Part shown: positions 8,826 to 19,466 of the stretch, piece by piece
How the letters are laid out: every line of letters begins with the position of its first letter
Numbering within the stretch: the stretch's first letter is position 1
From: Candidatus Poribacteria bacterium
GTDB taxonomy: Bacteria; Poribacteria; WGA-4E; UBA9662
Length of the DNA: 38,752 bases
Assembly (NCBI GenBank): GCA_046582655.1
Contig: JAYGDX010000272.1
Span: forward strand, 1 to 38,752
Direction of reading: 5' to 3'
The notes under the pieces: generated by a model
Seen by the model: only the letters and a program-made list of their open reading frames with translations
Databases searched by the model: none
Told to the model about the DNA's origin: nothing
Translations under genes and position numbers: made by a program

Positions 8826-11291
8826 CTACTGTTTTACGCGTGTTGATTTGGGATCGAAGACAGGTCGTAAATGCAGGCTACAGGACACGCGTTCGCAGGC
8901 AACTTCCAGTTCATATTCACCTGCAATTAAATAGTTTCGATCTACACCATTGGCGTGGCTAACATAACCCATGCCAACTCCTTGTTGAAGGGTGTATCCA
9001 TAGCCACCACTTGATAGCCAACCGACTCGCTCGCCATTTCTGTAGATAGTTTCTCCGCCTAGCAAAATAGTATCGGAATCGTCTACAGCGAAGAAGGCTA
9101 AGCGTTTTTGTAACCGTTGATTCTCTTTTTCTTCCAGCGATTGACGCCCCAAAAATGGTATCTGAGGTTTCAACTTGACAGCCCAACCCAAACCTGCCTC
9201 GAAGGGAGTATAGTCGGGTGAAACATCAGTTCCCCAGATGCGATAACCTTTTTCTAAACGCAGGCTTTCAATAGCACGATATCCAGCGTTAACAATGCCA
9301 TATGGTTTTCCCGCTTCCATCAAATGATTGTAGGCGGTAACCGCGGATTCCACAGGAATGTGGAGTTCCCATCCGAGCTCGCCAACAAAGGTTATCCGCA
9401 TGGCACGAGCGACAGTGCCAGCAATAATTATGTCTCGACAAGTGGCAAACGGGAAAGCTTCGTTGGACAAATCTTCGTCTACTATAGAAGACAAAACTCG
9501 GCGTGACTGCGGCCCCATTAATGCTAACACGCAATACATGGATGTTACATCTATCAACTTAGCCTGTAGCCCTTTAGGAATATGAAGGGAGATCCAATTG
9601 AAATCATGATTGGCATAACCTGTACCTGTGATGATGTAATAAGTGTCTTCTGCCAGACGGCAGACTGTTAAATCGGCTTCAACACCACCATGTTGATTGC
9701 AGAGTTGCGTGTAGATAATTCTACCCGTGGGCTTAGCTACATCATTGGCGCAAATCCAAGAAAGTGTGGCTTCTGCATCAGGACCTTGAAGCAAAAATTT
9801 AGCAAAAGAAGTCTGGTCAAATAAAGCCACTCCTTCACGAGTATGACGATGTTCCTCACCGACATAGCTGAACCAATTTTGGCGGCCATAGCTATGGGTG
9901 TCTTTAGGTTCCTCACTTTTGGGAGCAAACCAATTTGGTCGTTCCCAGCCGAATTTGCTGCCAAAACAGCATCGTTGTTCCTTCAGACAGTAGTAGAGTG
10001 GAGAAATTCTCAGTAGTCTTCCTGTCTCAGGTTCATCATAAGGCCAGGACATAGCGTAATGTTTGCTACTGGACTCAAGCGCCCGGTCAATCAGAAAATT
10101 TGTGTCCCGATGATGCGCGCCAAATCGGCGAATATCAACTGGCCAAAGATCCATGGAGGGTTCACCCTGGGCTATCCATTCAGCAAGGGCCTTACCCGCA
10201 CCACCACCGGCGGCGATGCCATAGGCATTGAAACCAGCACTGACAAAAAAACCTTTTAGTTCTGGAGCTTCACCCAAAATAAAATTTCCATCTGGCGTAA
10301 ACCCTTCAGGGCCATTTATCATTTTGCGAATACCAATTTCTGCTAGCGCGGGAACTCTCTCAATGGCAGGAATGAGCAGTTGTTCAAATTGTTCCCAGTT
10401 GTCTTCCAATAGTTGAAAATGGAAATCCTTAGGAATGCCATTTTTGGGTGTCCATGGAATAGGTTTAGGTTCATAACCACCCATTACTAATCCACCAACT
10501 TCTTCCTTGTAGTAACATCGACGGTCCGGGTCGCGAAGGGAAGGAAGATCCTCAGATACCCCATCAATTGGTTCGGTAATCAGATATTGATGCTGGACAG
10601 CTTGAACTGGTACCGATACACCTGCCATTAGTCCCACCTGTCGTGCCCAAAAACCGCAACAGTTCACCACCACCTCGCATTCGATGGTACCATTCAGTGT
10701 TTCAACCCCATGGATTCGGCCATTACGGATAATAAACCCGGTAACCTCGCAGTCTTCCCAAATCTGAGTACCTCCTATCCGTGCCCCTTTAGCTAAAGCT
10801 TGGCAAAGATCCGATGGGCTGGCTTGACCATCAGCAGGAAGATACGCTGCTCCCACAATATCGGAAGTCTCCATCATGGGCCAAAGTTCACTGGCTTCTT
10901 TGGGCGTTAGTAAATGCATCTCAAGACCAAAACTCCGTGCTATTGTTGACTGACGCTTAATTTCGGTAAAACGTTCCTGATTGCAGGCTAGCCGCAGACT
11001 GCCATTGGCTCTCCAGCCTGTTGCTTGTCCCGTTTCATCTTCCAGATTGCCATACAATCCTGCACTGTACTTTAAAAGCCGTGTAATACTGGCAGAACTC
11101 CGGAGTTGCCCAACTAATCCCGCTGCATGGAAAGTCGATCCACTGGTCAGTTTCTTACGTTCCAGAATGTGTACATCTTTCCAACCCAGTTTTGTCAAAT
11201 GATAGGCCGTGCTACAACCCACGATTCCCCCTCCCATAATAACGATCCGCGTAGTAGAAGGAAATTTAGATGGTTTATTTGAATCATTCAT
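8826..11291 (-). CDS. GcvT-family FAD-dependent oxidoreductase (dimethylglycine/sarcosine dehydrogenase-like)
   Basis: GGGIVGCS Rossmann motif, LTSGSTFHAAGLVGQLR (covalent-FAD His region), GPEGFTPDG, GWERPNWF, ITFVGELGWELH, SLRLEKGY. DAO + GcvT domain architecture, 821 aa. Confidence 0.92.
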   Translation of the reverse strand: MNDSNKPSKFPSTTRIVIMGGGIVGCSTAYHLTKLGWKDVHILERKKLTSGSTFHAAGLVGQLRSSASITRLLKYSAGLYGNLEDETGQATGWRANGSLRLACNQERFTEIKRQSTIARSFGLEMHLLTPKEASELWPMMETSDIVGAAYLPADGQASPSDLCQALAKGARIGGTQIWEDCEVTGFIIRNGRIHGVETLNGTIECEVVVNCCGFWARQVGLMAGVSVPVQAVQHQYLITEPIDGVSEDLPSLRDPDRRCYYKEEVGGLVMGGYEPKPIPWTPKNGIPKDFHFQLLEDNWEQFEQLLIPAIERVPALAEIGIRKMINGPEGFTPDGNFILGEAPELKGFFVSAGFNAYGIAAGGGAGKALAEWIAQGEPSMDLWPVDIRRFGAHHRDTNFLIDRALESSSKHYAMSWPYDEPETGRLLRISPLYYCLKEQRCCFGSKFGWERPNWFAPKSEEPKDTHSYGRQNWFSYVGEEHRHTREGVALFDQTSFAKFLLQGPDAEATLSWICANDVAKPTGRIIYTQLCNQHGGVEADLTVCRLAEDTYYIITGTGYANHDFNWISLHIPKGLQAKLIDVTSMYCVLALMGPQSRRVLSSIVDEDLSNEAFPFATCRDIIIAGTVARAMRITFVGELGWELHIPVESAVTAYNHLMEAGKPYGIVNAGYRAIESLRLEKGYRIWGTDVSPDYTPFEAGLGWAVKLKPQIPFLGRQSLEEKENQRLQKRLAFFAVDDSDTILLGGETIYRNGERVGWLSSGGYGYTLQQGVGMGYVSHANGVDRNYLIAGEYELEVACERVSCSLHLRPVFDPKSTRVKQ

Positions 11292-11311
11292 AACACTTCC
11301 ATATTATCTCA

Positions 11312-11335
11312 AATTGACCTAAGAATTGACCTAAG
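11312..11335. repeat. Perfect 12-bp tandem duplication (AATTGACCTAAG x2)
   Basis: Read directly, about 20 nt upstream of the dehydrogenase start. Confidence 0.9.
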
Positions 11336-11489
11336 ACCAGATAGAGTACAGATTTGACTGTGTAAAGTCAATCAGCAACCATTTTTCTAGGCTTGAGAGA
11401 AAATTTAATCTTGCTATATTAAATAGGGATTACACATTAATGTCAGAAGTCGGTTATAGTGTCTGGTATGAAAACAAAATGTAACTAAA

Positions 11490-12141
11490 TATGGTTCAAC
11501 TTTTTAGTTGCCACAAAAAAGAATTATAGCTGTCCGGAAACTGAAAAGGCGTAAGGACAACCAGACAACCCTTTTGCCCATGATGCCTTGAATCGGCTGT
11601 TACATCGACTAGAACCTGTCCCTCAGTGTTGCGGAGTGAAGCCTAACCTCATGTTAACAAAGGTAAAGAGGTTTTGGTGATAGACGATATCATCTTAGAT
11701 AAACCTTATGCTAACAAAATAGAATTGGTGAGCCGACACCGGGCGAGTAAGCATCAGCGCGTGATTAAAGGTATCAACCTCATCAGTCTGTTATTGACAG
11801 AGGGTAAAAGTCATCTCTCTATGATGAGACAAATGATAAAATGAGCAAAAACGATTATGTTTGTTCTGCGCTGCTCAAATCCAACTAGCGTGGCTTTGAG
11901 CCCGAATGTGTTCTCTCTGACAGCTGGTATTCAGCTGAGTAAGTTATACGGGAGGGTCGAAGAATATCATCGAGGCATCAAGCAATTCGTTGGCATTGAA
12001 CTAGCGCAAGTCCGTTCCAATCAGGAACAACGGAATCATATTGTTTCTGGACAGGACAGAATTGGTTTGAAGCTGAAATTGAAATTATCAGGTCGGCTGT
12101 CCGTGCATACTTATTTAATCCTCGATTTATGTAGGAGGTCT
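11490..12141 (+). mobile_element. IS701-family transposase remnant (stops, frameshifts, internal deletion)
   Basis: Fragments NFLVA..KNYSC, AHDALNRLLHRLEP, VLVIDDIILDKPYANKIELVSRH..KHQRVIKGINLISLL, VEEYHRGIKQFVGIE..QVRS..QRNHI, WFEAEIEIIRSAVRAYLFNP match IS701 DDE transposases. Confidence 0.82.
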
Positions 12142-12191
12142 TTTTTGTAAAGATCCATAATTTTAGCAGTAACCGCCCCTAAGTCAAGATA

Positions 12192-13289
12192 CTAGCGGAA
12201 CCAATCGTAAAATAATCCCAGAGAACGATCAGCTAACGGTAGGTCTATACGCAACCCTTCTTGGGCAGACGACTGTTTCAGCGCAATTTCTACTTCCAAA
12301 GCTAAAGCCACTCGACGTCCCGAGTTTTTGGGTTCATCCATCGTTCCGACCAAACAATCCAAAACATCAGACAGACAATAAACTGCACCATAGGGCGAAA
12401 AAAATTGTGGCTTGGGCCAAGACATTTCTACCCTCTGAATTCCGCTCAGCGTATCGATATCCTGCCATAATTCCCAGCCTGATTGGTAATTAAAAACAAT
12501 TTCGCCTTCACTTCCGCTCAGACGGACACCAGGTGAGCCTTGACGGAAGTGAACGGTCAAGCCATCCTCGGTGATCAGTATTCCACTCCCAGTAAACTCA
12601 TTGCTGCCAGATTCACGGCGCGCCGCATCGCCTGTACCCACGGCCCAGAGAGGAGAACTATCCGAGAAATAAGACCAATTCTGATGTTGTGCAAAAGGGC
12701 CACCGGCTTCAATAGATATGATCTCACCAATCACACCATCTTGTATTAACTTCTTAGCCTGAGCAAAGGAAGGATGGGTAGTTGTAATTGATCCGCAACA
12801 TAAGGGAACGTTGGCCTCAGCACAGACCTGTACCATACGGTCGGCTTCGGCTAAAGTGTGAGCCATCGGTTTCTCAGTCAAAATGCCTTTGGCTCCGTAT
12901 TCTACGGCTAAACAGGTTAAATCTGACCGGTGTTTGGTATTTGTGCAAATGGCAACAATATTCGGCCTCTCCTGACTTAGCATCTCAACAGCGTCAGTAT
13001 AAAGCCGCTGAATACCATAACGTTCAGAAAAAGCCTTCAACCGGCTTTTATCTCGATCGACACCAGCAATCAGACTAATTTCAGACCGATTCCACAACGC
13101 CTCAGCATACGATGTTGGCAGACCTGAATCGCCAGGATGATCATGATGGTAAAATTTACGATGAATATCTAGTGAGGGTGTCGGACGTTCGGCATCATCG
13201 ATATCGAAACGGTCGGGGATACGCGACGCCAAATCGTAGAGCATCCCCATCCAACCCAATCCGATAACAGCAGCACTATATTGGGACAT
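12192..13289 (-). CDS. Gfo/Idh/MocA family NAD(P)-dependent oxidoreductase
   Basis: AAVIGLGWMG, LYTDAVEMLSQERPNIVAICT, GILTEKPMAHTLAEADRMV. Start set at ATG 13289 behind AGGAGG. Confidence 0.88.
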   Translation of the reverse strand: MSQYSAAVIGLGWMGMLYDLASRIPDRFDIDDAERPTPSLDIHRKFYHHDHPGDSGLPTSYAEALWNRSEISLIAGVDRDKSRLKAFSERYGIQRLYTDAVEMLSQERPNIVAICTNTKHRSDLTCLAVEYGAKGILTEKPMAHTLAEADRMVQVCAEANVPLCCGSITTTHPSFAQAKKLIQDGVIGEIISIEAGGPFAQHQNWSYFSDSSPLWAVGTGDAARRESGSNEFTGSGILITEDGLTVHFRQGSPGVRLSGSEGEIVFNYQSGWELWQDIDTLSGIQRVEMSWPKPQFFSPYGAVYCLSDVLDCLVGTMDEPKNSGRRVALALEVEIALKQSSAQEGLRIDLPLADRSLGLFYDWFR

Positions 13290-13396
13290 GGCAGACCTCC
13301 TCATAATTGCTCAACTAAAGTAAATATTCTGTATAGATGTAATCATACCTAGGCCGATTTAAAGTAATTGGATCTGTAATAAAGATGAGCTGAACT

Positions 13397-14159
13397 CTAG
13401 TTCATTTTCAGTTTAGACCATGTCGTAGCTAGTTTACTTTGAGAATCAACCGCCAGAGAAATAAGTTCCATTGACTCAGCAATCTCTTTCTCCGTCAAAG
13501 CTCGGTGCCAGAGACGAACCTCGTCAATCAGACCATCAAAATACTGGCCTGTTTCAGTCCAAGAACCCACGACAGTATCTTCTTTCGTTCCTTCAAAAAG
13601 GGCACGTCCATTATCTTCCGCTTTCATCTTTACCATTAATATAGATACGACGATTCTTCTTTTTAGCATTGTGCTAGAAGGTAATGTGTGTCCATTCTCC
13701 TTTTTTTATAACACCGACCGCTGTATCAAGGTCGTTGCCATAAAAACCCATTCTAACTGTTCCGCTGGCGTAGATACGGTAATGCAGGCTTTTGTTGGTT
13801 GAATTGACTTCTTTTTGAGAAAACACAAGTTGTTCATTACTGGAAAGATTAGCTGACACCCACATATCAAGGGTATGATCTTGCTTGCCGTTAAGCAGAA
13901 TAAAAGGTGCTCTGACATCCACATCATTTTTGAACTGCAAAGCTGTTTTGTAGCCTTTATACTTTGATTTCTCCCACTTAAATTTGCCTTTGACCTTACC
14001 ATCGTTTCCTTGTTTTGAAGAATCCTTGGCCACTTCTCCCTTCCCATCGTCGAAAGTAAACCATAGGACTAGGGACTTATCGGGTTTCAATGCCGACTCT
14101 ACAGGATACAACATGGTGGACAAAATCATGATTATGATACATAATGTAAGAATTCTCAT
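13397..14159 (-). pseudogene. Secreted LamG/concanavalin-like domain protein interrupted by a TAG and a frameshift
   Basis: Signal peptide, LVLWFTFDDGKGEVAKDSS..GNDG, GEWTHITF-[TAG 13674-76]-HNAKKKNRRIYING in frame, then a frameshift near 13625 to FDGLIDEVRLWHRALTEKEI...AVDSQSKLATTWSKLKMN. Confidence 0.85.
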
Positions 14160-14283
14160 TTAGCAACTCCTTAATTTTTGAGGCCTGAATTTAATACAGA
14201 TTTTGTGTGTACAGCGAGATTAATATTTGCCGATTGTACTACAAGTCACAACATGTTTCAAAAAAAGATGCTATCTTAGGATT

Positions 14284-15130
14284 TTAGATGTTGAGGTTTC
14301 AGTCTAAATACTTGAAAAAGGGAACCAACCGGATTATTGTTTTCGCAAAATAATCTTCTACGAGGTTGCTATGCCGCTATTAATGCTTACAGATCAGCAG
14401 GGGTTGAAGCTTACCTATCATGTTGGATTCTGGCGTCTATGACAAGTTTAAGCTTGTTTATACCATTGAAGGTATCCTTTATTGTCTTAGGACTGGCTGT
14501 CCCTGGAGAGACCTAACCCCTCAGTTTGGTCCTTGGCATACGATTTACAAAAGGTTCAACAGATTGGTCGGGAAAAGGAAAGTTGCGCACTCTTTTTAAA
14601 AGGGTTTTTACAGACTTGGAGTGGGAGTTTATCCATGGCAGTCTTTTCAAGGTTCGCTAACATAGGAATGGTGCGGCTTTTGCAGTGGAATCGGCTATGG
14701 GAAAGTCGGCGATTGGCAGTAAGCATCAAAATCCATATGGCGGTTGATTCCTTCGGTTTATCCATCAAGTTTAAAATAACAGGTGGACAGGTTGATGATT
14801 GCAAAGTAGCCCTAGGCTTATTGCCAAGATCCCATCTGGCGAGTTCATTATTTCCTGATAGAGGTTTGGCAGCTCCCCTCTGAGGAACAAATTAAGAAAG
14901 CAAATTCCACACCCATTATTCCTAGAAAGAGAAATTCAAAAAAGGGAAACCGGGAGTTCGATTGGACCTCCATTGAGTACAGGCATCTTGTGGAGAACAC
15001 ATTTGCCCGGTTAAAGCTTTTTCGTTCTATTGCAACTAGATATGATAAACTGAGGAGAAATTTTAAAGGCATGTTGGCCTTAGCCTGTACCTTCTATTTG
15101 GTTGTCATTATAAAAAGTCAATAGCCCCTA
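14284..15130 (+). mobile_element. IS5-family (IS427-like) element, degenerate transposase
   Basis: ATG 14371 MPLLMLTDQQ, IEGILYCLRTGCPWRDL..FGPWHTIYKRFN, KIHMAVDSFG...ITGGQVDD, YRHLVENTFARLKLFRSIATRYDKL.RNF, in several frames. Right end GTCAATAGCCCCTA at about 15117-15130. Left end degenerate, so that boundary is approximate. Confidence 0.85.
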
Positions 15131-15291
15131 TTCTTTTCCAAAAGAACTTAAATCAAAAAACAGAATCTAAAATGAACTAGACGGTAGATTGATGACCATG
15201 TTTCGCAATCGAAACTGATTGCTTTTTGGTCAGAAAACAAGCACAGAACCTCTCAGTTTAATACATAATCTGTGCAATTTAGGAAGGGATC

Positions 15292-15345
15292 AAGTGAATG
15301 ATAATCAACTGCTAAACAAAGTGAATGATAATCAACTGCTAAACA
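15292..15345 (+). repeat. Perfect 27-bp tandem duplication covering the NYN gene start (VNDNQLLN repeated)
   Basis: AAGTGAATGATAATCAACTGCTAAACA at 15292-15318 and 15319-15345. Confidence 0.92.
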
Positions 15346-16070
15346 ATATGCTTGCTGTTTTAATTGATGCAGATAACGCTCAACCGTCAATTACAGAGGG
15401 ACTTTTCACAGAAATTGCGAAATTTGGTGTTGGCAGTGTGAAACGTATCTATGGTGACTGGACAAGCCCCAAGCTTGGTGGCTGGAAAACCATCTTATTG
15501 GAACACTCCATTCAGCCAATTCAGCAGTTTCGTTACACTACAGGCAAGAATGCGACCGATAGCGCCATGATAATAGATGCCATGGACTTACTTTACGCCC
15601 GGCGTTTTACTGGTTTCTGCCTTGTCTCCAGCGATAGCGATTTTACGCGCCTTGCGTCCCGTATCAGGGAAGAAGGCTTAACCGTGTACGGGTTTGGAGA
15701 GCAGAAAACTCCCAAGGCTTTCGTCTCTGCCTGTGATAAATTTGTTTTTACTGAATTGCTTCGGTCACAAGAAGATGCTGAGTTAACCGTGGAAAAGAAA
15801 ACAGCCAACCAATTAAAAGGGGATACCAAGCTGGTAAATCTTCTTCGAAGTGCGATAGAAGCAGCATCTGATGACTCAAACTGGGCTCAGTTGGCAGCTG
15901 TAGGCAGTAATGTTGCTAAACAGGCACCGGAATTTGATCCAAGAAATTATGGTTATGAAAAGTTGGGGCAACTGGCGGCAGCCACCAAGCTATTTGAGAT
16001 TGACGTCAGGGTCCAAAGCGACGGACACTATAGATCGATTTACATTCGTGACAAACGAGAATCTAAATGA
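15294..16070 (+). CDS. NYN-domain (LabA/DUF88, PIN-like) protein with C-terminal OST-HTH/LOTUS domain
   Basis: LAVLIDADN, KRIYGDW, GKNATDSAMIIDAMDLL, LVSSDSDFTRLA, ACDKF, and C-terminal PEFDPRNYGYEKL. GTG 15294 follows AGGAAGGG. Confidence 0.9.
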   Translation: MNDNQLLNKVNDNQLLNNMLAVLIDADNAQPSITEGLFTEIAKFGVGSVKRIYGDWTSPKLGGWKTILLEHSIQPIQQFRYTTGKNATDSAMIIDAMDLLYARRFTGFCLVSSDSDFTRLASRIREEGLTVYGFGEQKTPKAFVSACDKFVFTELLRSQEDAELTVEKKTANQLKGDTKLVNLLRSAIEAASDDSNWAQLAAVGSNVAKQAPEFDPRNYGYEKLGQLAAATKLFEIDVRVQSDGHYRSIYIRDKRESK

Positions 16071-16146
16071 CAAGCAGTATAGTCAATCGTAACAGGCCTT
16101 TAATATAGGTTGTAATCTTCCCGTTGATAACGAGAGATTAAGGATA

Positions 16147-17577
16147 ATGAATCAGCCAACAGATGTTCGCTACGCACAACTCTTTCTTGATGATGAGATT
16201 GTAGAACAGACTGTTCGTTTACAACGGGTGGTTCATCAACCACATAAACATTATGCTAATCCGATTTACACAGTTGGTGCGCCTTGGGAAGGAAATGGCG
16301 TGGTCTATTTGGCTGGGGTATATATCGATCCGTCGGACAACATTTGGAAGGCATGGTATGCCACCCTATACCCACCAGCATACCCTGAGATTATTTACGC
16401 AGTCTGTATGATCACATCTGAAGACGGCATCCACTGGGAAAGACCTGAGTTGGATGTTCACTTAGGTCATAATGGTGAAAGAACAAACATCGTATTGAAT
16501 CTAGGTCAGGTTGGCGGAACTAGTGCGGCTTCCGTACTTTATGAACCGGAGAATTCTCCCAAACCGTGGACACTTATCATCAGTTCCTGCGTCAGCGGCA
16601 CCTGGGAATATAAAGGCTATATCCTGCGTTCAGCTGACGGCGTTCACTGGGAATGGGAGCATGAAATGCCGAATGGTGTTTCACATGGGATGGGGGACCG
16701 CTGTACGGCCATGAAAGGTCCCAATCCTGAATACCCATATGTATTAATCAGCCGCGGATTAGAAGATATGGGGAGGTGGAACTTAGTTCGAACGGCTCAT
16801 CGCCTGGCAATTAACGCTGATGCTGTCCAAGGAAAACCAAGCCGTGTGGTCTGTCCAGATCTGGAAGATGATCCGGCCGGACAAATCTATCACACCCACG
16901 GGTTTTCCTACGAGAACATTTATGTTGGTCTCTTTCAATGGTTCTGGGAAACAGAAGATCCCTACGGCGAAATGGAACTGATAATGAGTCGGGATACGGT
17001 AACATGGAAACGGATTCGACCACGGCAACCGTTTCTGCCACGGTCAGCAGGCGGCGGCACCGAAGGGCGGTTTGACTGTCAAGTTACCGATACCGCACTT
17101 TCACCCCCCATCAGAACCAAAAAAGGTCAGATGGAAACCCTATGGTTCTATTACTGGGGAGGTCCTGCCATGCATGGGAATCGTCATTTAACTTTCGGTC
17201 GTGGTGTCGGACTGGCTCAACTTCGGGCTGACGGTTTCTGTTCATTGAGAGCCTCCCGTTTTCCTGCCACGCTAGTCAGCAAACCGTTTGTCTGGCCGGG
17301 CGGAAAACTTTTGATAAATGCCTCAGTACTTGGGGGTAGTGGTAATGGCGGTTTGCAAACCGAGGTTCTGACTGAAGATTTAAAATCGATTGAGGGATTA
17401 ACACAAGAACAGGCAGATGTCATCCGAGGGGACAGTGTCAATCTGGAACAAAGTTGGCAGAAAGATCCAACAGCCATAGAAACGATGAAAGATCAACGGA
17501 TTCGCCTCAAATTCTACATGAACAAGATAGATTTGTTCAGTTTCCGATCCTCTGTAGGTTGTGGTCAGGTAGATTAA
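16147..17577 (+). CDS. Hypothetical five-bladed beta-propeller glycoside-hydrolase-like protein
   Basis: QLFLDD, Asp-box-like SEDGIHWERP / SADGVHW / SRDTVTW repeats, GLAQLRADGFCSL, C-terminal LINAS...IRLKFYM..DLFSF. Specific activity cannot be determined. Confidence 0.65.
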   Translation: MNQPTDVRYAQLFLDDEIVEQTVRLQRVVHQPHKHYANPIYTVGAPWEGNGVVYLAGVYIDPSDNIWKAWYATLYPPAYPEIIYAVCMITSEDGIHWERPELDVHLGHNGERTNIVLNLGQVGGTSAASVLYEPENSPKPWTLIISSCVSGTWEYKGYILRSADGVHWEWEHEMPNGVSHGMGDRCTAMKGPNPEYPYVLISRGLEDMGRWNLVRTAHRLAINADAVQGKPSRVVCPDLEDDPAGQIYHTHGFSYENIYVGLFQWFWETEDPYGEMELIMSRDTVTWKRIRPRQPFLPRSAGGGTEGRFDCQVTDTALSPPIRTKKGQMETLWFYYWGGPAMHGNRHLTFGRGVGLAQLRADGFCSLRASRFPATLVSKPFVWPGGKLLINASVLGGSGNGGLQTEVLTEDLKSIEGLTQEQADVIRGDSVNLEQSWQKDPTAIETMKDQRIRLKFYMNKIDLFSFRSSVGCGQVD

Positions 17578-17778
17578 AGAACCATGAGAGCGGAAACCGA
17601 AACTCAAATGAAAAGTTTGGGTTGAATCGAGCTACCGTCTTTGTCTGAAGTTACAGGCGATAATCTCTTCCAAATTTTTTTCGAGTCAGGTGAGTCAGAT
17701 AGTAGCCAAGGCTAATCAAGTTGACCTAGGAGCAGAGCAAAGCCGCAAGGGTGTCACTGACGGGTTGAGTGATAATTC

Positions 17779-18330
17779 TTAAGGAAGTGCCAAGTCCGAG
17801 AAGTCGGTGAGAACCCCATCCACACCAGCCTTGATTAAAAATAGTTTCAGCAGGTAGTCGAAATCTTTTGCTGATCTAGGTAACCGACCCGCTCGTAACA
17901 TATACGGGTGAACGGACAAACCCAATTGATGCGCGTCTTGAACTAACGAAGTTATTTATTCAGTGTTAAATCTTTCAGTTACTGCCAGACGTTCGATTTC
18001 GACAAATGCAAAGTCAATGGAATAATATTTTCCATCATTTCTTGCCTGATCAGGAAACACTTCTACCACCTTGATGACAACATCTAAGTAAATTTCATGT
18101 AGAACGATGGGCTAATTATCTTTGGAGAGAACAACGTCCTGTTCGATATAGTCAGCTCCCATTCCGCAAGTCATTGCCTTTGCCACCAAAGTGTGTTCCA
18201 GTAGGCAACCAGAAGCCTGTGGTGAGAAATGATGATTTGGGAAGTTCTTCCAATTGATGACAAAGGACAAATCAGAAATAAAAAAATAAGCAATGTAAAG
18301 ACTATCAGGAAGAAAGAGGTGACGAATCAT
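17779..18330 (-). pseudogene. glpQ: Glycerophosphodiester phosphodiesterase (GlpQ-like) remnant
   Basis: ASGCLLEHTLVAKAM..GADYIEQDVVLSKDN*PIVLHEIYLD..VFPDQARNDGKYY..DF, then after a deletion AHQLGLSVHPYMLRA...AGVDGVLTDF. The HRG motif is damaged. Confidence 0.82.
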
Positions 18331-18335
18331 CTGCA

Positions 18336-19172
18336 CTATGAAACCTTTTTTCCTTGGTTATCTAGGACGGGGCGGTTTAACCGCGTATGGTAAGGTGGTT
18401 CCAAAACAGATAGTTGTTCTGCAGTTAAATCCTGAAGGGAAGGTTCCGGCCAACTCGGATAATAGCTTCTGGCATAAGCCAGATTTCCAGGCGAATACCG
18501 AAAGAGCAGCGACCTTCTCTGGTGGCCTGCCTTCCATGGTAACGTGCCATGGGTGACGGCTTCTGTGAAAATCACCACATCCCCCGCCTTGCAGGTGATT
18601 TGACGAATGTGCTCTTGATATTTCTGATGGTGTTTCATCGGCTGTGGACAGGAAAAGTTACACTTATGACTGCCCGGAATCAGACACAGTCCTCCATCAT
18701 CCGGATTAACATCCGAAAATTGCCAAGCGACTACCGTTAAGCCGCAATGTATCTTCCCATTTTTAAAAACATAATATTGATGAGGATCAAAGCTGGGGCC
18801 AGAAGAGCCATGGAATACATGTCCTTCTGCACCTTTGCGCATAGTGATCAAACCAGGATTGTGATCCATACGAAATCCTACGCCTAAAATTTCGTTCAGG
18901 TAGGGCACAATTTTGGGGTGCGCCAGTAATTCCCGAAACGGTTGACTCCAAGGTTTCTCCCAACCGAGCATCCCGCCCAGATCTCCTCGTCCGGTGATGC
19001 CCTTTAATGGTTCTGAGCCTCCGGACAGTGACAGTTCATCAACCCGCTCACGAATCTGATCTGTATGCTGGTCGACTGATTGGTTACAAAGAGCTATTTC
19101 ATCAGAAGCCAAAACATCTTTGATAACCAGATAACCGTTGAGATCGAACAGGTATTTTTCTTCCTCATTCAT
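18336..19172 (-). CDS. Phytanoyl-CoA dioxygenase (PhyH) family protein
   Basis: EKYLFDLNGYLVIKDVL, DGGLCLIPGSHK, AGDVVIFTEAVTHGTLPW..RRSLLFRY. The first metal motif is FHGS rather than canonical HxD. Confidence 0.85.
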   Translation of the reverse strand: MNEEEKYLFDLNGYLVIKDVLASDEIALCNQSVDQHTDQIRERVDELSLSGGSEPLKGITGRGDLGGMLGWEKPWSQPFRELLAHPKIVPYLNEILGVGFRMDHNPGLITMRKGAEGHVFHGSSGPSFDPHQYYVFKNGKIHCGLTVVAWQFSDVNPDDGGLCLIPGSHKCNFSCPQPMKHHQKYQEHIRQITCKAGDVVIFTEAVTHGTLPWKAGHQRRSLLFRYSPGNLAYARSYYPSWPEPSLQDLTAEQLSVLEPPYHTRLNRPVLDNQGKKVS

Positions 19173-19259
19173 GTTTCTTCCTCCAATTTATTTCGTACAA
19201 TCTATTCAGCAATAGATCCATCCTTAATTGAATCTGACCTCATTCCCGATTTGCAGATG

Positions 19260-19326
19260 AGTCTATCAATTCCACTGATTAACGTCAATCATTTTGTATT
19301 GACGTTTCTATGCGAATAGATATAAT
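19260..19326. promoter_or_regulatory. Back-to-back sigma70-type promoters whose -35 boxes form a palindrome
   Basis: Plus strand TTGACG(19299-304)-16 nt-TATAAT(19321-26) toward the uxuA-like operon. Minus strand TTGACG(19288-83)-17 nt-TAGACT(19265-60) toward phyH. AACGTCAAT-N8-ATTGACGTT is a perfect 9-bp inverted repeat. Confidence 0.65.
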
Positions 19327-19466
19327 GTCTTACAGCAGTTCAAATCGATGTTGTCACTAAGGAACAAACTGAGACCAGCAAATTCTGTTGTGCTGTCATC
19401 CGCTTCGTTATATTAAAATAGTACTAAACGCCACCAATCGGTTAGGAAAAACGGGAGTAACTATCA

